A stretch of DNA of 57,016 bases. It comes from Acidimicrobiia bacterium (GTDB lineage Bacteria > Actinomycetota > Acidimicrobiia > Spongiisociales > UBA5794). The position numbers and the translations under genes are program-made. A model generated the notes under the pieces. That model ran no database searches, had not been told where the DNA came from, and worked only from the letters and a program-made list of their open reading frames with translations. Below, piece by piece: positions 1 to 7,427 of this stretch (positions are counted from its first letter, which is position 1; the number at the start of each line of letters is the position of its first letter). The stretch spans positions 1 through 57,016 of the forward strand of contig JASJEG010000002.1 in assembly GCA_030064765.1 (NCBI GenBank), read 5' to 3'.

Positions 1-188
1 AGCATACGATTGCGAATCTGAGTGTTGCGGTTGAGAATCTGTCGGCTTCTGAGTCTCGGGTGCGGGATACCGATATGGCGGAGGAGATGGTGTCTTTCAC
101 TAGGCATCAGATCATGGTGCAGGCGGGTACAGCAATGCTGGCCCAAGCCAACCAGGTCCCCTCCAGCGTCCTCGCCCTACTCCAGTAG
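1..188 (+). CDS. fliC: Flagellin, C-terminal fragment (5' end upstream of window)
   Basis: Frame 3 reads ...[59 protein letters not shown]-stop (TAG 186-188). This is the conserved C-terminal D0 helix of flagellins. fliD and fliS follow directly. Confidence 0.85.
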   Translation, partial: HTIANLSVAVENLSASESRVRDTDMAEEMVSFTRHQIMVQAGTAMLAQANQVPSSVLALLQ

Positions 189-229
189 GAGGGAGCTCTC
201 CTTCAGTAGGAAGCCAACCGACCGACAGG

Positions 230-263
230 GAGAGGGTGGCCCGTCCCCCCGGGCCGCCCTCTC
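230..263 (+). terminator. GC-rich hairpin downstream of fliC (possible terminator, no clear U-tract)
   Basis: gagagggtggccc (230-242) pairs with gggccgccctctc (251-263), giving a 13-bp stem with one G:U and an 8-nt loop. It sits about 40 nt after the fliC stop. Confidence 0.4.
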
Positions 264-304
264 CACCTAAGCAAAGACAACACAACGGATCGGAAAGCCA
301 GTAG

Positions 305-2209
305 ATGGCAATCCCACTCTTCAACATAGGCGGCCTGGCCTCCGGGCTCGACACGAACTCGATCATCTCGAGCATCCTCGAAGTCGAGCGAATTCCGATC
401 AACCAACTGGAGGCCCGGAAGGCCGACCACCAGGCTGAGGACAGCGCGTGGCAGACGATCAAGGCGCGCTACTCGGCCATTCGTACTTCCCTCAACGCCC
501 TCGACTCGGCGCACGATTTCGACAAATTCGCCAGCGCAACCTCTTCGAATACCACGGCCGTCAGTGTGAGTACCACCGGCGCCGCAACTCCGGGCTCGGT
601 TTCTTTCACTGTCGATCAGCTTGCCGCCAACCACCAGCTTGCATCGGCCACCAACTTCACCGGTCTCGACGACCTCGTCGGCGCCGGCAATTTCACAATC
701 ACTATCGATGGGACCGACCACACGGTTACTGCCACCGCAGAGACGACGGTCGCCCAACTGGCTGCATCGGTCAACGGTCTCGATGCCGGAGTGTCGGCGT
801 CGGTCATCTCGGTTGACGGCACCAACTACAAGCTGCTGCTGTCGGCCGATAGCACCGGCGACGCCAACGTCTTCACCACCTCGGGAAACGTGGGTTCCCT
901 GGGGACGATGGATGTCATCCAGCAAGGGCTGGATGCCGAGATCACAATTGGATCGGGTGCCTCTGCTCTCACGCTCAGCCGATCCACCAACACGATCACG
1001 GATCTGCTTTCGGGGGTCAGTATCGAACTCGCCGAGACCACAGCCACCGCGGTCACCGTCGCAACCCAGCGCGACACCGCGGCGGCGGCCACCGCCATCA
1101 CCGACCTCGTCAACGAGGTCAACACGACGTTGAGCACCATCGCTGATCTGACCAGGTACAGCCCCGAATCTGACACGGGCGGGCCGCTTGCCGGCAACGC
1201 AACCGCACGGTCACTGGCGCTCGACCTGCGTTCCGCCATTTCCGGTTTCGTTAACAGCGGGTCGGCGGACTATCCGATAGCCAGCTCGGTAGGTATCTCG
1301 CTCAATCGCGAAGGTACCTTCGATATCGACGACAGCAAGCTGCGCGCCGCACTCGATGATGACTTCAACGCCGTCGTCGGCATGCTCTCCGAAGGGGCCA
1401 CCGTCGCCGACTCACGAGTGGCCTTCGCTGGGGCCGGCAGTGCCACGCTTCCCGGAGATTACGAAGTGGTCGTCACTCAGGCGGCCACCAAAGCCTCGGC
1501 TCTGAGCGACCGCTTCCGCAGGGAAAACGGCGACCATTCGTTCCAGATCATCGTCGACGGCACCACCGTCGATGTCGACCTCGCTCATCGGGACCCCATC
1601 AATACGGTCATCCAGAAGATCAACGATGCGTTGACCGCAGCCGGTGTTAGCACGCTTACCGCATCTCGGCTCAACCAGGGCGGGAGGTCCTACATCCAGC
1701 TCGATCATTCCGGCTACGGATCAGCGGCCGGGTTCGAGGTCATCGGCGACCCGTATGGTCTCGAAGGTGTGTATGCCGGGACTGATGTAGCCGGCACCAT
1801 CGGCGGAGAAGCCGCCACCGGTAGCGGACGCGCCCTGACCGCCGACGCGGGCAATCCCGAGGGCCTGGTTCTCTCCATTGCAGTCACTGCCGCCGACGTC
1901 TCCGGCGCCGGGGGCACCCTTTCGCTCGGCAACGTGTCGTACACCAAGGGCGCTCTCGGTTCGCTCGACATGACGGTCGGCTACGCCGAGGGCAGCGGGG
2001 GGCGCATCGCTCGCGCTGCTGATCTGACGGCCGCACAGATCAATCTGATCGACGATCGCATCGAGGTTCTCGAAGATCGGCTCGATCGACGCGAGGCGAT
2101 GCTGATTCGTCAGTACGCCGCACTCGAGTCGGCAATGGCAACGCTGCAATCGCAGTCGGCGTGGCTGACGTCGCAGCTTGCCGCCCTCAATGGTGGGGGT
2201 GAGTCATAG
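305..2209 (+). CDS. fliD: Flagellar filament capping protein FliD (hook-associated protein 2)
   Basis: 634-aa ORF. N-terminus MAIPLFNIGGLASGLDTNSIISSILEVERIPINQLEARK and C-terminal heptad region LIRQYAALESAMATLQSQSAWLTSQL are the FliD N- and C-terminal signatures. It lies between fliC and fliS. Confidence 0.9.
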   Translation: MAIPLFNIGGLASGLDTNSIISSILEVERIPINQLEARKADHQAEDSAWQTIKARYSAIRTSLNALDSAHDFDKFASATSSNTTAVSVSTTGAATPGSVSFTVDQLAANHQLASATNFTGLDDLVGAGNFTITIDGTDHTVTATAETTVAQLAASVNGLDAGVSASVISVDGTNYKLLLSADSTGDANVFTTSGNVGSLGTMDVIQQGLDAEITIGSGASALTLSRSTNTITDLLSGVSIELAETTATAVTVATQRDTAAAATAITDLVNEVNTTLSTIADLTRYSPESDTGGPLAGNATARSLALDLRSAISGFVNSGSADYPIASSVGISLNREGTFDIDDSKLRAALDDDFNAVVGMLSEGATVADSRVAFAGAGSATLPGDYEVVVTQAATKASALSDRFRRENGDHSFQIIVDGTTVDVDLAHRDPINTVIQKINDALTAAGVSTLTASRLNQGGRSYIQLDHSGYGSAAGFEVIGDPYGLEGVYAGTDVAGTIGGEAATGSGRALTADAGNPEGLVLSIAVTAADVSGAGGTLSLGNVSYTKGALGSLDMTVGYAEGSGGRIARAADLTAAQINLIDDRIEVLEDRLDRREAMLIRQYAALESAMATLQSQSAWLTSQLAALNGGGES

Positions 2210-2229
2210 ATGGGAAGGAGCAAGGGCGC

Positions 2230-2634
2230 ATGACAAGCCTGGCCGTCACTTATCAAGCAGCCGGTGAGGCTTACCAGAGCCAGGCAGTAGGCACTGCCGG
2301 CCCGCTGCAACTCGTGCTGATGCTCTACGACCGTGCCCTGGCAGCTATCGCCAGGTCGGAGTGGGCACTGAAGAATCGCGAACTGGGATCCATCGAATTG
2401 GCGCACAAGGAGCTGACTCGGGCACAGGACATCGTTACAGAGTTGATGCTTTCTCTCGACCACGACCAAGGTGGGGAGATATCGGCCTCGCTGAACGCGA
2501 TCTACGAGTTTTGTTTGGATCGGCTGACGCACGCCAACATCAACAAGGATGCGACGGCACTGCCGTTTGTGGCCAAGAGCCTCAGCGATCTGCGGGAGGC
2601 TTGGGCGCACATAGCTGCAGAAACGGGGGAATAG
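2230..2634 (+). CDS. fliS: Flagellin-specific export chaperone FliS
   Basis: 134 aa. AYQSQAVGTAGPLQLVLMLYDRALAAI...ITELMLSLDHDQGGEISASLNAIYEFCLDRL matches the FliS four-helix-bundle pattern. Position is immediately after fliD. Confidence 0.9.
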   Translation: MTSLAVTYQAAGEAYQSQAVGTAGPLQLVLMLYDRALAAIARSEWALKNRELGSIELAHKELTRAQDIVTELMLSLDHDQGGEISASLNAIYEFCLDRLTHANINKDATALPFVAKSLSDLREAWAHIAAETGE

Positions 2635-2903
2635 CCATCGGACTCGAGGCAGTATCTGAGCTCTTACTCGGCATCGAGGAGTCGCTGGAGGGCGGCGACT
2701 GGGACGCGTTGGGAAGTACCCAACCCGTCGAACCCGACGTCATGCCGGAAGATGAGCAGGAGCTGTGTCGACTGATAGCTGAGACCGAGCGGCTCCAGAT
2801 GCTCATTTCGAGTTACCTGGCCCAGGTGCATGCCGACCTCGATGAGGCTCCCCAACTACGTCGAGCGGCTGCCGCATACATCCAAGCCGACGGCATGGTC
2901 TGA
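2601..2903 (+). CDS. Hypothetical small protein, FliT-like (start codon uncertain)
   Basis: Open frame downstream of and overlapping the fliS 3' end, with coding-like GC3. It contains LLLGIEESLEGGDWDAL, reminiscent of the GEWD helix of FliT chaperones. There is no ATG before 2742; the only upstream candidate is TTG 2601, which has poor SD spacing. Confidence 0.3.
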   Translation: MGAHSCRNGGIAIGLEAVSELLLGIEESLEGGDWDALGSTQPVEPDVMPEDEQELCRLIAETERLQMLISSYLAQVHADLDEAPQLRRAAAAYIQADGMV

Positions 2904-2911
2904 TCGAATCC

Positions 2912-3388
2912 TCAATCCGTTCGCAGTCGCATCTCGACCATCGGGATCTGCTCGACCATCGCCACCCGGCCCTCATGGGTCCCGTCATGGGAAACCCCCA
3001 TCAGTTGCAGGAGGCGGGCGGCAGCCTTGGGATGCGCACGTTCATAGCCCGCAAACACGGTGGCCGCCTCACTGGCGGAGAGGAATCGTTGATCGACTGG
3101 GTAGCGGTGCGAACCCACCCATAGGGCTACCGCCGGGCGATTCCTGATGTTGCGATACCAATCCGCGCCGGAGCCGGTGCCCGAACACAAGACGAAAGCG
3201 TCGTGGTCGCGCCGAACCACCTCTAGCGGAGTCTGGCGCAGCCGTCCGGTCCGGCGCCCGGTATGTTCGAGCATGACAATTCGCTTGCCGAAGATGAACC
3301 CCAGCCTGGCGCGGAACAACCAGACTGGGGCGTGGAGAATGCGTTTGAAGGCTCCGGTTGGTTTCTGCTTGAAGTCGAAGGCAGCCAC
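2912..3388 (-). CDS. Deazaflavin (F420)-dependent nitroreductase-family protein (DDN/DUF385-like)
   Basis: C-terminal 120 aa MLEHTGRRTGRLRQTPLEVVRRDHDAFVLCSGTGSGADWYRNIRNRPAVALWVG... fits the HTGRKSG...GS..G...DWYRN pattern of this family. The start is set at GTG 3388. The long upstream extension of the ORF track (to 3640) overlaps the divergent SRPBCC gene and was trimmed. Confidence 0.65.
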   Translation of the reverse strand: MAAFDFKQKPTGAFKRILHAPVWLFRARLGFIFGKRIVMLEHTGRRTGRLRQTPLEVVRRDHDAFVLCSGTGSGADWYRNIRNRPAVALWVGSHRYPVDQRFLSASEAATVFAGYERAHPKAAARLLQLMGVSHDGTHEGRVAMVEQIPMVEMRLRTD

Positions 3389-3415
3389 GAAGCCAAGGTT
3401 ACCGAGAGAGGCGCA

Positions 3416-3847
3416 ATGGCAAAGATCCAGGTAAGTATCGATATTCCCCGGCCGCCCGACGTGGTCTGGGCCGATGTCGAGCGTCTCGAAACCCACGTGG
3501 AGTGGATGGCAGACGCCGAATCGATCGAGTTCGAAGGCGAGAATCGCCGCGGTGTCGGCACCACCATGCGGGTGCTCACGAAAGTTGGTCCACTGCAGAC
3601 CGTGGATGTGATCCGGGTCACCGGCTGGGACGCCCCCCACTCAATCGCGGTGAGCCATGAGGGCTTGGTGACGGGTGAGGGAGAGTTCACGCTCAACCCT
3701 ATCCCGGCCGGAACGCGGTTCCTCTGGACCGAGGAACTGACCATGCCGTGGTATTTCGGTGGCCCTCTTGGTGGGCTGGTGGCCAAGCCGGTTCTCGCCT
3801 GGGTATGGAGGCGCAACCTGAAACGCCTTGCTGCTCGTTTCGAATAG
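3416..3847 (+). CDS. SRPBCC (START/polyketide-cyclase-like) family protein
   Basis: Internal ATG 3416 gives MAKIQVSIDIPRPPDVVWADVERLETHVEWM...GEGEFTLNPIPAGTRFLWTEEL, typical of SRPBCC ligand-binding proteins. The upstream part of ORF 3263-3847 overlaps the divergent gene. Confidence 0.7.
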   Translation: MAKIQVSIDIPRPPDVVWADVERLETHVEWMADAESIEFEGENRRGVGTTMRVLTKVGPLQTVDVIRVTGWDAPHSIAVSHEGLVTGEGEFTLNPIPAGTRFLWTEELTMPWYFGGPLGGLVAKPVLAWVWRRNLKRLAARFE

Positions 3848-3916
3848 CGCCAGCTCCGTCCCGGCGAAGGCTGCGGTAGTAGTGAGATTGCCGGCCATGC
3901 CCGTTACCATCGCGTC

Positions 3917-4504
3917 ATGGCTATCGATATCGCCGGATTCATCACGTATGTGAAGGACCACGCCGTCGAGCACGGGTTCCATGTCCACGACGAGCGCCAC
4001 TTCATCGAGACGTTCTCGCTGCGGCAGTCCTTCGAAGTCGACTTGCACCCGGAATCGGCGTGCGACGGGCCACTCGACCTCAACCTTGCATTCGACATCG
4101 AACCGCGCGTGCTGCTTCGGCTCGAGGACTGGGTGAAGGAACACGAAGAAGACATCACCGAAGCCGACGGGCACTTCCAGCTACCCATCTACTTCAACTG
4201 GGCACTACCAACGATGAAGTCTCCGCCCGACCTGGTCGTTCTTGCGGCCGAACTCGCCGGCATCGGGGGCTTCGACCTTCCCATCGAAGTCTCTGGAGTG
4301 GAATCGACCGGAGCGCTGTCAACTGGGTCCGACATCCGGCTGTCCCTGGTCGGCCGCGTGGAGCTGTCATTGGTCGACGTGATGATGGGACAAGAGCAGC
4401 TCTGCGGGATACTCGATCGGTGTCGGGATGTGAGCGAATACCTCGTGACCGCCTCCGCCGAATGGGGGGTTGAGTACCCGCCGCCCTTGCCGCCGGCCGA
4501 GTAG
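3917..4504 (+). CDS. Hypothetical acidic protein
   Basis: 195-aa ORF with coding-like composition. I recognise no motif. Confidence 0.45.
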   Translation: MAIDIAGFITYVKDHAVEHGFHVHDERHFIETFSLRQSFEVDLHPESACDGPLDLNLAFDIEPRVLLRLEDWVKEHEEDITEADGHFQLPIYFNWALPTMKSPPDLVVLAAELAGIGGFDLPIEVSGVESTGALSTGSDIRLSLVGRVELSLVDVMMGQEQLCGILDRCRDVSEYLVTASAEWGVEYPPPLPPAE

Positions 4505-4618
4505 GAGTCGCTCCACGGCTAGTCCGTAGGGTTGCGACCCCCGGCCTAACCGCGCCAACTCCGACCCAATCGCCGTCATCGATTGATACGGTGGAGATAG
4601 AGCTCACAGAAGGAAAGG

Positions 4619-4945
4619 GTGAGCTCGCCGGAGGACCGCATGGACGAAGTGATAGTCGGCAGAGTCACCCACTACTTCCCCCGCGTTGAAGTTGCTGTAG
4701 TTGAGCTGACGGATGATGAACTCCGAATGGGGGACTCGATCCGAGTGCTGGGGACTACGTCGAACTTCACTCAGGCGATCGAGTCGATGGAGATCGAGCA
4801 TTCTCCGGTCGAGGTAGTTCGCACCGGAGACCAAGTGGCGATCCGAGTAGTCGAGCGGGCTCGGGTCGGCGATCTGGTGTTCCGCATCAAGCCCCACGCT
4901 CACATCGATGGCCTGTCGATTGGGCAAGAGGGTTCTGCGCCCTGA
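4619..4945 (+). CDS. Small translation-elongation-factor-like (EF-Tu domain-2-like beta-barrel) protein
   Basis: VIVGRVTHYFPRVEVAVVELTDDELRMGDSIRVLGTTSNFTQAIESMEIEHSPVEVVRTGDQVAIRV matches the conserved ~100-aa family usually annotated as translation elongation factor-like protein. The start could be the internal MDEV. Confidence 0.55.
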   Translation: MSSPEDRMDEVIVGRVTHYFPRVEVAVVELTDDELRMGDSIRVLGTTSNFTQAIESMEIEHSPVEVVRTGDQVAIRVVERARVGDLVFRIKPHAHIDGLSIGQEGSAP

Positions 4946-4963
4946 TAGGCCCTCGAGTTGGCG

Positions 4964-5761
4964 TCAATTGCCGGGCTTGGAGAAGTGCATGTAGTCCGCC
5001 GATTGCCAAACGCCGCCCCAGCTCCAGCCGACCTCCTCGAAGATGGTTATCGCCTCGTCGCCGAGGTTGATCATGCCGGGTAGGTCGAGCCCGCGATCGG
5101 TGTAGGCCTCGCCTTCGACGGGCAGCACATTCCCTTCTCGGGCCCAGGGATTGATCAAGGGATTGATATCGATTGCCAGGCCGAACGCGTGATTCGACCA
5201 GCGGTCGGTCCCATCCACGAAGCGACAGTTGAACCCGGAGGTCACATTGGCACGCATAGCGGCCCTGTCATCGCCGCCGTAGTCGTCGACTAGTTGTATC
5301 CGCTCGATGGGGAAGCCGATGTCGAACAGGCCGGCGAACACCTCAACGACATCGGGGACGACGGCCGTGTTGACGATCATCGGTCCCCTGACTACTTCGC
5401 CGTCGAAGTTCCAATGCGTGAGAATCAGCAGTGACAGTTGATCGAAGTGGAGCGGACACTCGTCACGCCAGCTGGCGTGGACGAGATCCGCTGATACCGG
5501 GGCCACCTCGTACTCGAACACCGGGGGGAGAGTCGTTGTCGGGGCGGTCGGGATGGTTGTCGTAGGCGCAGCGCTGGTTGATGGGGAAACCTCGCTGGTG
5601 GTTGTGGTGGATACTGCGGCTTCAGGCGCTGCGGCCTCTTCCACGGCCGGCAGAGGCGTCATTGCAGGTTGGGTAGATCCCACGCTCCCGGTGGCGCCGC
5701 CGCAACCGGCAACAATCAGGGCGAGTACCAGCAGTGCGCTGCGGCGTTTCATGGTTTCCAA
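4964..5761 (-). CDS. M15-family (VanY/D-Ala-D-Ala carboxypeptidase-like) metallopeptidase lipoprotein
   Basis: Signal peptide plus lipobox MKRRSALLVLALIVAGCGG, followed by a Thr/Pro/Ala linker. Zn-ligand motifs SNHAFGLAIDINP (H-x6-D) and ADYMHFS are present. Confidence 0.75.
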   Translation of the reverse strand: METMKRRSALLVLALIVAGCGGATGSVGSTQPAMTPLPAVEEAAAPEAAVSTTTTSEVSPSTSAAPTTTIPTAPTTTLPPVFEYEVAPVSADLVHASWRDECPLHFDQLSLLILTHWNFDGEVVRGPMIVNTAVVPDVVEVFAGLFDIGFPIERIQLVDDYGGDDRAAMRANVTSGFNCRFVDGTDRWSNHAFGLAIDINPLINPWAREGNVLPVEGEAYTDRGLDLPGMINLGDEAITIFEEVGWSWGGVWQSADYMHFSKPGN

Positions 5762-5786
5762 CGTAGCGGGCCCTCTGACATAGCCA

Positions 5787-6494
5787 TCAGTCGGTGGCTA
5801 GGAACAGGGTTATGGCGTCATTAACGTCGTTGGCGTTTTCTAGGGGCAACATGTGGCCGGCGCCTTCCATCATTACGATCCGCGCATCTTCCAGGGCGGC
5901 AGCCAACGGTTGTGCCGCCGCAGGTTTGGTCATCACGTCGCGTTCGCCGAGGATCAGCAGTGTTGGGCATCTCACTGTGGAAGCCGCAGCGGTGGCGCCG
6001 GCATAGGTGTCGCAGGCAGTCAGATCCCGTGCCAAGACACCGTTCTCAGCAGCTGTTGTGTAGGCGTTGCTGATTTCCACAACCCAGGGCTTGGGGCGGC
6101 CGTAGCCGGGCTCGCGCAGACTCCATTTGATGACCATCGCAGCTGCCGCAGCGTCCTTCTCCTTTGCCTTGGCGAGCAAGTCGCGGTTCACGGGCATGGT
6201 TGCGGCAGTGGCGATCAGGACCAGACGGTCGACAAAGTCGGGATTACGCGCAGCTGTCTCCAACACGATCAACGATCCCAGGGAATGACCGACCAGCGTC
6301 ACCGGGCCGGGACTCAGGCTGCGCATGTGCCGTTCGAGCCAGCCCGCGTAGGCGGGCACGCTGTCGTGTGCCTCCCCGGTCGACTTGCCGTGTCCCGGCA
6401 GGTCGACTGCGACCGACTCGGCGAAGAAGGACGTTTGCGGCCGCCACGACGCGCCGCTGAGACCGGCACCGTGCACAAATACGAGGTGGCTCAT
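5787..6494 (-). CDS. Alpha/beta-fold hydrolase
   Basis: Start at internal ATG 6494 (MSHLVFVHGAGLSGASW). HG oxyanion motif, nucleophile elbow GHSLGS, and C-terminal GAGHM catalytic His region are present. Confidence 0.85.
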   Translation of the reverse strand: MSHLVFVHGAGLSGASWRPQTSFFAESVAVDLPGHGKSTGEAHDSVPAYAGWLERHMRSLSPGPVTLVGHSLGSLIVLETAARNPDFVDRLVLIATAATMPVNRDLLAKAKEKDAAAAAMVIKWSLREPGYGRPKPWVVEISNAYTTAAENGVLARDLTACDTYAGATAAASTVRCPTLLILGERDVMTKPAAAQPLAAALEDARIVMMEGAGHMLPLENANDVNDAITLFLATD

Positions 6495-6670
6495 GCGCCG
6501 ATCATAGGGAGCGCTGCGGGCATACCAGTGAGGGTCAATCGTTCTGAGGGATGAGATCGCAATCAACCGTCCGGCCGACGATTGTTCGGCGGGTCTCCCG
6601 TACCTTTGGACCTGAATCTCGCGTGGCGTGTGGTCGCACCGTCGCCAAGTATCGATTGCAAGGGGAACAG

Positions 6671-7423
6671 ATGACAACCGCACAAATACCGATCACCGGC
6701 GCCGTTGCCGCAAGAATCGACGGGGGCGTCAAGATCTACGGAGAAGGTGATACCGAGGTGCGCGCCCTCGATGGAGTGAGCGCTCAGTTCGAGTCCGGCC
6801 GGTTTACCGCCATCATGGGCCCCTCGGGCAGCGGCAAGTCGACCTTGATGCACTGTGTGGCCGGTCTTGACGAGCTCACCTCGGGCACCGTCCACATCGG
6901 CGAGACCGAACTCGGGTCTCTCAACGACAAGGACCTCACGCTGCTGCGTCGTGAGCAGGTTGGCTTTGTATTCCAAGCCTTCAACCTGATCCCGACTCTG
7001 TCAGCACGCGAGAACGTCTTGCTCCCTCTCCTCATCGCTGGAGAGGATCACGATGAGGCCTGGTTCGACCAGGTGATCGGGATTCTCGGTCTCGGAGATC
7101 GCCTCACCCATCGCCCCTCGGAGCTGTCGGGTGGGCAGCAACAGCGGGTTGCTGCGGCGCGTGCGCTGGTTTCGCGTCCTGCGATTGTCTTTGCCGACGA
7201 GCCGAGTGGCAACCTCGACTCCAAGTCAGCCGCCGAGTTGCTCGACTTCATGCGCCGCGCAGTCAAGGAGTTTGGACAGACGATCGTCATGGTGACTCAT
7301 GATCCTGTTGCCGCCTCCTATGCGGACAGGGTCGTATTCCTGGAAGACGGCAAGATCGTAGATGAGCTCCAGGACCCGACCCCGGACAGCGTGATCGATC
7401 GCATGAGGCAGTTCGGGGCGTAG
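6671..7423 (+). CDS. ABC transporter ATP-binding protein (MacB/LolD/FtsE-like)
   Basis: Start ATG 6671 is preceded by aagggga. Walker A GPSGSGKST, signature LSGGQQQRVAAARAL, Walker B IVFADEPSGNLD and H-loop VTHD are present. Its stop is 4 nt from the permease start. Confidence 0.9.
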   Translation: MTTAQIPITGAVAARIDGGVKIYGEGDTEVRALDGVSAQFESGRFTAIMGPSGSGKSTLMHCVAGLDELTSGTVHIGETELGSLNDKDLTLLRREQVGFVFQAFNLIPTLSARENVLLPLLIAGEDHDEAWFDQVIGILGLGDRLTHRPSELSGGQQQRVAAARALVSRPAIVFADEPSGNLDSKSAAELLDFMRRAVKEFGQTIVMVTHDPVAASYADRVVFLEDGKIVDELQDPTPDSVIDRMRQFGA

Positions 7424-7427
7424 CGTC

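Noticed and set aside
6551-6670. N-terminal extensions offered by the ORF track (also 5787-6683, 17553-17603, 27683-27727, 31270-31395, 41964-42152, 49002-49034, 51189-51428, 53070-53168, 55932-56084)
   Set aside because: In each case an internal start aligns with the conserved N-terminus of the family, has a better SD or coupling context, or removes overlap with a neighbouring gene or regulatory region. The extensions are Arg/Pro-rich and non-conserved between paralogs.
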